This document shows positions 13,641 to 25,855 of a DNA stretch of 64,000 bases, piece after piece. Below the pieces are notes generated by a model, which was not told the DNA's origin, made no database searches, and was given only the letters and a program-made list of their open reading frames with translations. A program made the translations under genes and the position numbers. The DNA lies in the NCBI RefSeq assembly GCF_009834535.1, contig NC_045707.1, positions 62,746,001 through 62,810,000 on the forward strand, written 5' to 3'. Source of the stretch: Camelus ferus (Eukaryota). Each line of letters starts with the position of its first letter. The first letter of the stretch is position 1.

Positions 13641-15289
13641 CTATAACTTGCCAGAGATCTTGAAAACACCAGTCCATGCCTCTGCCCTCCTCTGGGATGA
13701 GGGTATTACAGTTAACCAGTACCATTCTGTTGATTGCTGGGTTGCCTTTTTAAGATACACCTGTGCCCTCAAATACTAGGTTTTCAAACTTCAATGAAGC
13801 AAAGAATCCAAATAAAAACCCCAGAGTAAAAATCATCCTTCTTTCTGTAGAGGAACTCCAGAGGAAAAAAATTTTTTAAGTAATTACCTTTAAAGATAAG
13901 TACTCACCTTAAAGATCAATAACCGGTAGAAATGATGAAATATACTTACTATGTGTTATTCAGAATTAGAAATTTTAAATATACGTGTCTATTTTAACCA
14001 ATAAACAAGTTCTAGAGTGACTGTAATTGGGGAGAAGTAAAATTGGAGAGTGAGTGGGTAAAGGCTTTTATTTTTTAAAATGAAGTAATCTTTTAGGAGC
14101 TTATAGTTTAAGTACTGAGTGAAAGAAGGACAGATAAGATAGCGCTGTGAAGTTTTTTCCAACCCCAATCAGTCTATCTTTTGATTCATTCTGAATAAAA
14201 TAAACATGATCAACCATATGGTGAGAAAATCACATTCTGAAATAAAACATATACTGAATCTGAAAATGTGGAGTAACAATGGCTTCTTACGATGAATATG
14301 AATTTTTATGAGAAGGCTGATACTGGAGAATCCAGTAAATGCATTTAGACATTACAATTGCTTTTTAAATGAAATAGGAAATGGAAGAAAGTCACTTTGG
14401 GAAACCTGTTGGAGCATAGTAATATCTAAAAAGTAAGCGAGTAAGATCATCTTCCTGCCAGGGAACATAAAACTAAATGCCTTGCCACAAATCACTAAAA
14501 TTTATATAAATTCAAACTGAGTAAATAAACAAAAATAATACTGAGCACCTGGTTCAATGTTTTCCCCAAGTTCAGAAATGTGAACATAAATATTTGACAG
14601 TCAATAATACACTGATGAATGAGGAATTATTAACAATTTTTAAACAGCTTTTTTTTAAGAAAAAATATTTGAAAAAATTAAATAACTATATCTTTCACAT
14701 TGGGAAAATTATAGTTAAAATACTAGGCACATTAATTCTGAAGGACTTGTAGATGTTACCTTTCAGATGGACATAAGCTTCAGGTTACGGATGGCAGGTT
14801 TTTGTTTTCATACAAGTGCACACATTCACTCTGCCTCATTAAGAGAAAGCAGGTTATAGATTCGGATCGGTTTTCGATACCCAGACTATCTGCATCTGTG
14901 CCACAATTTTCCTCTATGAAAACCCAGCTACAACATTCTATTTGGAGAACATATTCAAAATAATTAACAATGGTTATGCTACAAGCCCCTAAGTTCAGAA
15001 CAAAAGGCCATCTGTAGTGACCAGTGCGGGCAAACAGATACTGTACTAACTGAATATCAGCTCTTCTCCCACTAAAATATAGAAGTGAATTGTTACCACA
15101 GCTTATGTCACTTCCGGGGGGGGGTCCAGATTCGTATGTTTAACTTTCTCCTGGGTATCACCATTTGATTTTCCAAAATGCCAGCATATAAACTAAGCAC
15201 AAAAAAAACCTTAATGCATAACTAATCCATAAAACCTTATGCTCCTATTCCTGTGATTTTTAGTTGGAGAATAACCCTACCGTCCAACC

Positions 15290-15530
15290 TGATTAGAGAT
15301 GTAACGTATTGAACAGATCAGAGCCGAGGAATTATTCTTGATATTCTAGGGATAGGGGTAGGGTGGTAGGGGACAAGTAGAGAAGAGAAGCTGTGGAAGT
15401 TTTCTGGAGGCAGTTTGCTGAGCATTTATAAACCACCTTAAAATTGTTGGATTTCATTCTAAGCATGGTGGGTAGGTAGCTTTGCGATTTTAAGGCAACA
15501 CTGTGAGATATGCTAAGATCTAGTTTTGCA
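15290..15530 (-). mobile_element. LINE-2 fragment (antisense)
   Basis: 'ggatttcattctaagcatggtgggtagg...gattttaaggcaac...agatctagttttgcatt'. Confidence 0.5.
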
Positions 15531-16419
15531 TTCTGAATTTTTTTCAACATTATTCAGTTTTGCTGATTTGTAAGTTGTTTCAGTATCCACACGTTATTTT
15601 CAGTCTATTGTTCCTAAATATGATAATTTGTATTTTTATAAGATGAAATCCATTTCATCCTATTTTGCACGTATTTGTAACTTTCTTGTATACAAGTTGA
15701 TAATGTGCTGTTGATGGACTTTGAAATACCTTCATTTTATTGATGACTAAAATTTTTGTGAACTCTTCATCTACCTGTTCTCCTAGCTTTAAATTATTAA
15801 ATGACAAAGAGCGTACTCTTTCTACTCATTTCCTTCAGTATATTAATTCTCATATGCTTATTATTTTCAAGCAAACCTTTCAACACATTAGATTCACAGA
15901 AAATCATACTTGTCAGTGCAGTGTTATCAGATATCAATGAAATACATCAGTGAATTTTTCTTACATATATCACAGTATTTTTACATAATATATAACAGGC
16001 ATTTCATGTGTGATTAATATTTCCTATAGGGTAACGCTTTCAACAAATTTTAAAAATTTACCTTGCTTATTTGAAATGTAAAATCAAGCAATATTCTCTT
16101 CTATTTTAAAAACATATTTAGAAGATGATGCAATAAACAAAGATAATTTTTGTTTTTCAATCAAGATTCTGATCAGTAAGAATTTCCAGCTCAATTTTTC
16201 TATATAAAAAGAAGCATATATACAACAATTATCAGATGAAATACTATTCCTCAGTCATTCACTTTTTTATTTATTCATGGAGCAAATACTTTAGTTGCCT
16301 ATTATGTGACTGTTATGGTGAATAAAAAGTTGAACCGGACTGGAACTTGGTCTTCCAAAAGCTAGCTTTCTTTGTTTCAAATAAAAGATGTTAGACAGCT
16401 GAAGTGATGGAATTTTTTT

Positions 16420-17150
16420 GTTTGATTACTGAATTTGAAAAAGTCTGTCAAGAAAAGTAAATGAAGCAATTTCTTCAATTAAAGGAAATGAAAAGTTAAG
16501 CAAGTATTTATAATTGCTATAAGAAAGCATTTAATAATAATATACAAATAATATTCAAAATGATTTTTAAAACCTCACCACTTAAAGAACAAGTAAATTA
16601 TATGCAAAGTTCACAAAATAATAAATGCAAATTGTTTTAAATAATGTTATACTTGTCACTATTGATGAGGATTGAAAAGTCTGTGATGATTTTAATACAA
16701 AGTAGAATAAAAGTTTTAGACAGCAAAATGGCATTAATTTTTTAAAGTCAAACTTCTTTACCTTTGACTAATCCTTAGAAATATACAAAAAAACCTACAA
16801 AAAGATTTATGTAAAATTATATTGTTGATTTTATTTAGAAACTATAAAATAAGCTGTTAATGTTTAGAGATTGATGAAATAAAATACAAATTAAAAATGG
16901 ATATTCATACAGTGCTAAAGTTACATTCCATGTAAAAATAAAAGAATATATTTGTATTATTATCTTAAGTGATCAATACACAAAAATAATGTATCCTCTA
17001 TGATCTCCATTTTATTGTATATAAATTTGGGTATATGTGTACTCAAAGATAACAAAAGCAGAAAAATGAACAAAGATAAGTTGGCAAAATGTAAATGTAG
17101 GTGATTTTTCAAACTATCTACAATAAAATTTAGAAAGCATACTATCACTC
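16420..17150 (+). mobile_element. Old LINE-1 (L1ME-like) 3' fragment
   Basis: A-rich, with 'aagttcacaaaataataaatgcaaattg', 'acctttgactaatcc' and 'ttatttagaaactataaaataagct...aatgtttagaga' resembling the L1ME ORF2 end and 3'UTR. Confidence 0.4.
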
Positions 17151-18539
17151 AATATGAAGGAAATTTAACAGTTAACATGGCCCATGCTGTAAACATTTAA
17201 GAACTTTGTGGTATATGTATATAAAGTAAGCATTCTGAAAGACAAAATAAAAATAGTGTTTTAGTAAAAGATTGAGCAGAATTTAAGGATTCTGAGATAG
17301 AACAATTATTTCCACTAAAATAACTCATCTATGAAGCTTCTATGTGCAGTTTAGAAATTTAATTGAACTGTAGAAAAGGACTGAGGCTTACCCTAGTCGA
17401 AAATAACAAGATATCAACATGTGTGTTTTTGGGTAAAAGGAATAGTTATTTTTGTGAGGCCTGGGGAGAACTTGCATGAAGGAAGCCTTTCTAAGGAATC
17501 TGGGATTTTCCTAACCAGCTATAGTAATCTTTCATTGCCCAATAAAAGAAAGAGAGAGAGGAAGGAGGGAAGGAGGGAGGGAGAGGGGAAGAAAGACAGG
17601 AAGATAATTGAGACTATACCCTATTACCCAGGAGTACATGTAAGCTCATTCTCCTTAAATTGCTCGAGTTAACTACTCACTGATAAGTTAAATGAGTCAT
17701 TGTCGAATTTTCTCTTCAAAAACGAAAGTTATATTCCTGTGATTATATATAAAAATAAATGAATGTACAAATTACAAAGAGTTTTTGAGATTAATTTGAT
17801 TTTGCTTTTGGAAAATGCCAAGGCTGAAAACACTTCACAGTCTTTTCTCCAGAGCCCAGCAATTTTTTTCAGATGTCTCAAGGGCTTCTTTGACAAGTGT
17901 CAGTTTAGACAATTTTACATGAAACTTTCCAAATTTACATGTACACTTAACTCTCTAAAAGTGTTTTAAAATATTTTTCTATAGGATTATAATTAGCTTC
18001 CTTTCTATCAACGTCTGTGTCAAAGGTTTAGAGAATCTGATTTGGGGCAAGTTTTATAATAAACATCTTTTTAAATTGTACTGCCAATATTCTAAACTGC
18101 TTTAGTCCTGCAATTCTACACAACTTAAAAGAAAATATCTTTCAAAATTAAATAAGCGTCTGAATACATTTGTCAGAATAAAACATTGAGGTTGCTCTTA
18201 TAATACTATAAATTTAGTCCCCACATTTCTAAGTTACATCAATTTATCAACATCCTTGGACCTAAAATAGCACCACTCAACTGTTAAATTGATATATTGC
18301 CGACATCCATTATTTTACAGTTCTGGACATATTTATAATATTCAAGCAATGCCCAGATAATTAAATCCTTTGTCTAGTGAGTTTTCCAAACTTAGAAATG
18401 TACAGAAAACCTAACTCTAGAAGTTCTCCCTTAACATTTTAGAATGAATTTGGCTTGAATGTGACAGTTGGAAAAACTAATGTGAAAAGACTTCAGGATA
18501 CTTCAACAGAAATCAGTGACAGGACTGAAATGGAAGCGG

Positions 18540-18795
18540 CACACAAGTTAGGAACCTGGCTCTGGAATCACACTGATGGCTTTTAAAGCGCATGTCTGCC
18601 ACTAACTTACGTGACTTTAGGCAAATGATTTGATCTCTCTGGGCTACCGTTTCCTGATCAGTAAAATGACGGTAGCAATGTAATCTGTTTGTTTAAATCG
18701 GGAATTTTGAGAATTCAATAATATGATAACATTCAAGCACCACGATATGCATCTGACACAGAAAAAAAAAGGCCAATAAATATGTGCTATTATTT
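18540..18795 (+). mobile_element. MIR SINE (near full length)
   Basis: 'ggctctggaatcacactga...tctgccactaacttacgtgactttaggcaaatgatttgatctctctgggctaccgtttcctgatcagtaaaatga'. Confidence 0.8.
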
Positions 18796-19271
18796 TCTTT
18801 TAAAGAGGTGTATACAAATAAAGAAAACAGTACATCTAATTTTGTCATTTCAAAGGAGCACATATCTAAATGCTGAGTAATTTCTTATGAGACCTTACGG
18901 ATACGCTTACATTTTTCTCCTCCTATTGTCTCCTCTGGAGTTATTCAGAAATGCATTTCCTTTAAGCAAGTTCTAATGGCTGTCACTATGATTTAGAGCT
19001 TTCTACAGAATCTTTCTCATAGGGTATGGCTGCCCAAATTACTTTGGACCTAATTTTAGATAAACTGCCAGAGCAAGTGTTGAATAAATGCATGAGTAAG
19101 CAAAGTAAAGCAAAACAGATATTTAACATTTGTGACTGGTGTCATCTTTCTGGAGTGTTTGAATAGAAGGAGTTGAAGTTGGTTAATTAGGTTCCCCCCA
19201 CACACAAAACTTCATGTTCAGAAACATTCCATTCCATTCATCATCTCTCTAAAAAGCCTGTCACTAAATTC

Positions 19272-19275
<4 letters not shown>

Positions 19276-19323
<48 letters not shown>

Positions 19324-19342
19324 GAGAGAGGGAGAGAGAGAG
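19276..19342. repeat. (GA)n microsatellite
   Basis: Read directly from the sequence. Confidence 0.95.
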
Positions 19343-21029
19343 AAAATGAACCAGATCAGTTCTAGATACATTTCCCTCAAAGACACCATCTAATCTTTTA
19401 AAACGATACTGAAGTATAAGGTGCCATTGAAACCCCATATTAAAATACACTTCAGCTAGCAGCATTTCTCAGCAGAAAATCTCCATGACATAAACGATGT
19501 TATTTTGGTAAAATTAAATTCCATTCTACTGCCATGATGTATATTCTGATTATACATATTAGTTATTAAACTGGGTGAACATCTTAAAAATAAAACGAAT
19601 TTAATGCAATTAATTTGACATGGTGGAAAATGGAAGGAATGGCAAAAGTCTACAACCTGGGGTTGAATTTTAAATACAGCTAAATGTATAATGGAAATGA
19701 AAACATGGACTCCACATGGAGAGAGACGGATGCCCCCCGACCCTGACCTTTTACATCATCTCCCTCACCACTCATAATAAGCACAAAAGTCTCCTTGCAG
19801 AGCTGTGGCTAGATGTGTATTATAAAATAATTTCATTTTAGCAGTATTATCCTCAAATCATTATTTAAATAATCTTTAATTAGTGTATGTGAATAATTTC
19901 CTCTTCTTTCACTAGGAATTTGCTTCAGGCAGCCTTAGCAGATAACTCAGACATTGGTCTCTGAGACTCCTTGTTAATACCCAATATTACAAGTGCTTCT
20001 CCTGATCCGAATGCAAACTTTGAAAGCAAATCAACCACAGGGGGAAATCAATAAAGTGCAACAAATGCTAAATGAGATCAAAGACAAAAAGCCGTAAGAA
20101 GATAGACACATCGATAAAGTGATAAAAGACAGCTAACTATAAAAGTTATTATTATCCGTCATAAGCACCAGACTCACTTTTAAAATGTCAAAAGGAAAGT
20201 TGCACATTTAAAAGAAAGAAAGAATAGGTGCTTTATTAATTTAAAAAAGCATAGTTCTGTTGTCTAGAAAATTGAATACTTGCAACTTTATGCTACTCGT
20301 GTAATTACAAAAAGGTCTTTATTGATAGTTGGATCATTTAAAATTCTTCCTAGGTGTGCTTAGGTTGCATTCAGTCATTTCAGCATTAGTTGACTTCAAA
20401 CACAGTAAATATTTTTCATACAATTTGGGGGGAATGTTGTTCTGAGCCCTTGAAAACTCAATGTCTATGAAAAAGTATATTTACTGACAAAGACCCACCT
20501 TTGGTATTAAGGAACCCCTATGTGACAAAGTTTCAAAAAGTTGTTTTACATTAATTCAGAGCTCTGGTTCTCAACCACAGGTTCTCAATACCAAACCTTC
20601 AGAGCCAATTGCGGCTAGGCAGTTGAACTAATTCAAAAGGATGCTTTTTGCCAACACTACGCTTTACAGTTTGCTGAGATTTTATGTCTATTCTATGTTG
20701 GCCATCCAGTCTCCTCCAGGCCAGATGACTGGCTGTAGCTTCAGTAGATGAGTTACCGATTTTCTACATAAACATAGATGGCAGTTTCTTCCAAGATGTT
20801 CTCCCATTCCGGTTTCTGCTCCATCACTTTTAACTCCATTCTTCCTGGCTCTCCTTAACATAATTTTCTATACCCATATAATTCCACTGTTCGAGAATAC
20901 CATTTTCCCTTTTCACTCAGCAGACAGCATCTACCATAGTCTCACAACCATTGCAAGTGGGTTGAAGGTCAAAGCTGCAGTTAGTATAAAATACTTTTGT
21001 TTTTGGTTCCTTATACCTTGAGAGCTTGG

Positions 21030-21133
21030 TAGATGTTCAGGCTGTAACCCACCAAGGCCAACTGAATCAGAATCTGACATTTAACAAGATCCCCAGGTGA
21101 TTTAAATAGATACTAAAATTTGCAAAACACTGA
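21030..21133. mobile_element. MER5A/B hAT MITE fragment
   Basis: 'actgaatcagaatctgacatttaacaagatccccaggtgattt...aaaatttgcaaaacactg' is the MER5 core and terminal repeat. Confidence 0.75.
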
Positions 21134-24100
21134 AGCTAACACAGCTCATCCAGCTGAGAAGGAAAGATGACTCCCTCTCTTTATCCCCCCAAGTTGCTGT
21201 CATTGGAGGTCGGTCGATGGAGAGGGTATGGGTAAGTCACAGAAGGCCATTCTCTTTCCACTGTCCAGGATACAGGTGAAAACGTCTCCATGAACACACA
21301 CCATTGAAGCACACTAACAACCAGCAATCCAGCTCGCTGAGAGGTCTCCAACACCCAGTGCCCTTTTATCACCCATGAGCCATAGTACGTTACTGTAATT
21401 CATAAATATCTGAAGTAGATTCAATACTAATTTTTATCTATGAAAATGTGCGGTAAGCATTACCCCAAACAAGCTTTATTTTGTGAGAACCTACCAAACA
21501 ATATTTCACTGTGAACAGTGCAGAAACCATGCTCCCAGAAGACACAGGATAGGAGGCACAAACATGTATTTTTAGAAACTGAAAACTGGAAATGGATGTA
21601 CTTTTTCTTAAGAAGCCAATACCTACTGCTTCCATTATGTATGTGAGTGTGTGTGATGTTTTTAAGAGTGTCTCATTCCCAATGCTATGCACTTTCAACA
21701 TGCATACAGTATTTAGAGGGAAGACTAATTCAAAATATCGCTCAGACTCAGAGGCTAAAAATTTGAAGTTTGTCCCCATCGGCACTACTGATTCCATCTA
21801 CAAAGCAATAGCAACTGCACAATAAGGGTGTGAAAACACTGTATAAAATGTGTGCAGGGCGTGCCTACCACAATGAAATAAAAAGGCTATATTTCAAAAC
21901 GTGGCACTCCATTTTAATAACGGTGTACACTGCCATTTTTAAAATAAATACTCTGTGTTCCTAGTGTTCCTTTCATAGGCATATGGTATGTGTCTACACT
22001 GCAGTTATGATAGAGTAATACTATTTTTCATGGTTGCTTCACAATGTACCTTATTACATAATTTTCAAATTTATAAAAAAAATGCAATAAACATGCACTA
22101 TTTTCCAGTAAAATGTGATGAAGAAAATTTAAGTTGTAAGTCCAATAAAGATTAATCCAACTTTTTTCTTCATAGGCATATGCCTGGATTCTTATTAAAA
22201 AGCTTAAACTCTATTACTAACAATTCTATTCATTATAGTTCCTTTGGAAACTTCCTAAGAATAATTACTGTTAAAAATTACAGTTTGTTTTCCGAACTCC
22301 CTATTGATAAATAAATAGTTGGTAGTGTTTCCATATCCATGGAATTCAGTCATTTCCCTCATTCTCTCTGGACAGTACATTTTTATCATAATTCCCAGAG
22401 GATAGCTAACTTAATTTTTGAAATTATGATAGAATCCTTCTTTTCAACACATACACAGGCTAAAAATAGTGTAGGATCAATATTGACTTTTATGAAATGA
22501 ATGTATCCTTTAAAGACACTTTGTTGAGGGGAGGGGGAAGAATTCCTCATTCTTGATTCAACTAATATTCTTAAAATTTTCCAGAACTTCTCTAAAGATT
22601 TGGTCTGCACAAAATTATGTTCAGAAATTCATAAATAAATATCTCAAACTTAATGAATACATAGATTTCAAATGGTAGTTCAAACGAGACATTTTCTAAA
22701 TAGATACTAAATGGTTTCTCTTCCTTAATTTATATTGCAAAAAACACTGATAAAATATTACAAACTTATGTGATATGTGAGGTTAGCTGTTTAATGATAC
22801 AAATCTGAATTATCCAGATGAAAAGCAGAAGTCCTGATCCGAGATACAGCTGGTGACTGATTCTCTCCTGTACCATTTTGCTCCTCAGCAATGAAAACTT
22901 TGATTACGGGCCAGTCACCAATGTGAACCGCTCAGTTCCTACTCCCTTAGAGAAGGAAGGGACTACCAGAGACGGCCAATAATCAGTTTCATCCACGCCT
23001 AATATCACTGACACGTGACAAATTATGAAGGAAGCATTTTGTCTCTGATGTTATAAGATCTCGAAAAGTTGAATCTTAAAGCACTTGAAGGGAAATGAAG
23101 TGTAATCTTCCATGAGCGAGAACGGACTCGAGCTGTACTTTTCTGTGTCACTGAAGAAACGAGTCTAAGGGTCAGTGTCTTATAGTAAAAGCAACATAAC
23201 GGGAGGGTTCATGTGAAGAAAGGCTCCTTAAGGCCCCATCTATTGGTGTTGTGGTGCCAGGTACTAATGCTTCGGTATCTACATTTAAATCTAGGGGTAC
23301 CAGGACCTTCTACCTTAAATCCTCTCCTTAGAAAAGACAAGAATAAGACCGCAGACCAGTGTAAAAGAAAGCAGCTCGCTCAGTTTCTCAACATCCTTTG
23401 GCGATAAGATGATGCCTTGACGTGTTTCTTGCCTTGAAGCTTCAGCTTGCCTCTGAAGGGTATTAGGCCCAAGGGAAATAGCACATCAAGAACCAAAAAT
23501 TGAGAGTATACAAGGTGTTATATGTCGTTAACCATTAATCCACATTATTACATGCAAATATTAGCTATTTGACTTTCAAATATATTTCAGGCATATATTG
23601 AATATGTACAAGAAACTAATTTCCAAATTTGGGAAAACATACCCTAAATCCATTCCCATAATTTGTTCATATATATGCTTTTATTTCTACTCAATAGTAA
23701 CAGATTCTTTTCCACAATAATTAAGACTGATGAGCACTTAAAGTCTTTCTAATTAGTGATTGCATCACATATCTGCCGTTTATTCTTTTTTCCTATTATA
23801 TTTGCAAATGATAAAAGTATAGTCATGGTATGTTTTAGTCCAGTTTTGTACTCCACTAGAGGATATAACATGCTGTTTCATAATTACTGCAGCGAAGTCA
23901 CACTAGTAGGAAAGTGTAGTGGATGGGAAATGTTCATGTCTTGCTACCGTGATCAAAACTGCCAGAAGCAATACCCACATACCAGTCTCAGCACCTGGCA
24001 CTTTGACATGTTGATGGATCCAAGGAGCAGCTGCTGGAACCTAGTGACAAATCAAGGTTTTGAGAAGCTTGGGGTGTTTTGTGTCAAATGCAGTCAAACG

Positions 24101-25679
24101 CAAAGAGAGATGAGGGTTGAGTTAGGGCAGGAAACATGGTAAAGGAAAATGAAGATCTGCATTGAGCACTTATCCCGAAGTTCAGAACACGGAGATGCAG
24201 TAATAGAAGAAAGCAAAGCCTGGCACGGGGAGGGATAGTACAATGTTTGAAGTGATTTGGGGTAAAAATCCACAGTACCCTTCTCCACGTGGCGTTCCAT
24301 TTGTTCCGGGAGGACAATTTCAACTTTATTATCTTTCTTTCTCCTGTACTTCAGCAATTCTTTACATTTGTCATCCTTCTGTTCTGCTCCTTTGCCTTAT
24401 TTTAGCCCTTAAATTATTTCCCTCCTCTCTCATGCCTCATCTTCCAGTCAGGCAGCAATTTCTATATGTTCAGCTCATCCCCAAGAGTAATACTTAGGGA
24501 TAAAGGGATTGCTCTTCCAAATCCTGCAGGAGTAGGATGGGAGCTGGGAAATCATCCCTTACAAATAAAAGCTTTCCACAAATCACTTTATGAACTATTT
24601 TGATAACAAACACAGTGTGCAGGAATCTCTCTAAGGAAAAATAAAAAAACCCTTAATGTTCCTATTAAAATTACAAGAGCTAAAATACAATATGGGATAC
24701 ATTAAACCATCAAGAAATAGAAAGTAAAAAAATATATAATACGTAAGAAAATATAAATTCAATTTATATGGAAAATTGGAGTGAATTAAAGTGAAAAAAA
24801 CAAACAGATACTGAGGAAGGGGAAACACTGGACAAATCTAAATGCTGAAAACACCACTAGAAACCAATAATACTGCACTTTCGTAGGAAAATGAGTACCT
24901 CTTAATAGTCCTTAGAGAACTTATCTTACCAATTTGAGGAGTTTACTTCAAGAAGTGGATGGTGATTTCTTTGTTCTGAAACCTATGAGGATATCAAATC
25001 TGTCCCAGAAGATACAGAAATAGAGGTAAAGACAGCAGAGTTGCTACCCAATCCTGAAAAACAATAATAGTCACTCAGAAAGATCCCAAAGTGATACCAA
25101 AAGTGAAGAGTGAGAACGTGAAAGGAGCCCCAGAAGGCTGGCAGGAAACAGCAAGTATTTGGTAATTTGGGGGAAAAAAGTCATCCCCTCTTATTTCCAG
25201 TGATAGAGACGTAGGTGTGGCAATTTGGTGTTAATTCTCAATTGTTCTGCTCTTGGACAGTGTAATATATGTCAGGATTTAGAAAGAAGGGAATAAAATG
25301 TCTCCCTTACGGCTGAAGACTTGCTTTCATACGGCCGAGTTTTATGTGGTTTGATGGCTCTAAAAGCTGGTTTAGAATTATCGTAGTCGTGTTCAATACC
25401 TGACCTTTGAAGAACTTGCTAGTAGCCTGAAAACACACTGTATTACATCCTCCCCTTACCCACGCTGTCATCTGTCACCTTGGCACTTGTTTGGAAAAGA
25501 AAGAAATAAAAATACAAAGACCGTTGCTTTATTTGACAAGCATCACTTTTCAAATGACAGAGTTTGCCATATACCACATATTGTCTGGTCAATGCTTTGG
25601 GTGGTATGTAGATCAATAAACAATTTTACATTCTTTATTATAAAATCTTACTGGTTTATTTGTTATGCTAGACTTATAA

Positions 25680-25855
25680 ATCCCAACTATGTTGAGTTTC
25701 TCAACCTCTCTGAGCCTTAAATTAGCCATCTATCATATAAGAATAACAGCTATCTCTGTAGGTTTTATAAAACTTAAATGAGATCCTTTAAGTTCACAAA
25801 GTCTAGCACATTGTAGATGCACAATACATGGTAGCATTTGTTGTTATGATTGCTA
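25680..25855 (+). mobile_element. MIR SINE
   Basis: 'ctcaacctctctgagccttaaattagccatctatcatataagaataacagctatctctgtaggttttataaaacttaaatgagat'. Confidence 0.7.

Noticed and set aside
15560..15940. Possible processed pseudogene or transposase remnant on the minus strand
   Set aside because: The short open stretch (FNNLKLGEQVDEEFTK..) matches nothing I recognise, and there is no poly(A) or TSD.
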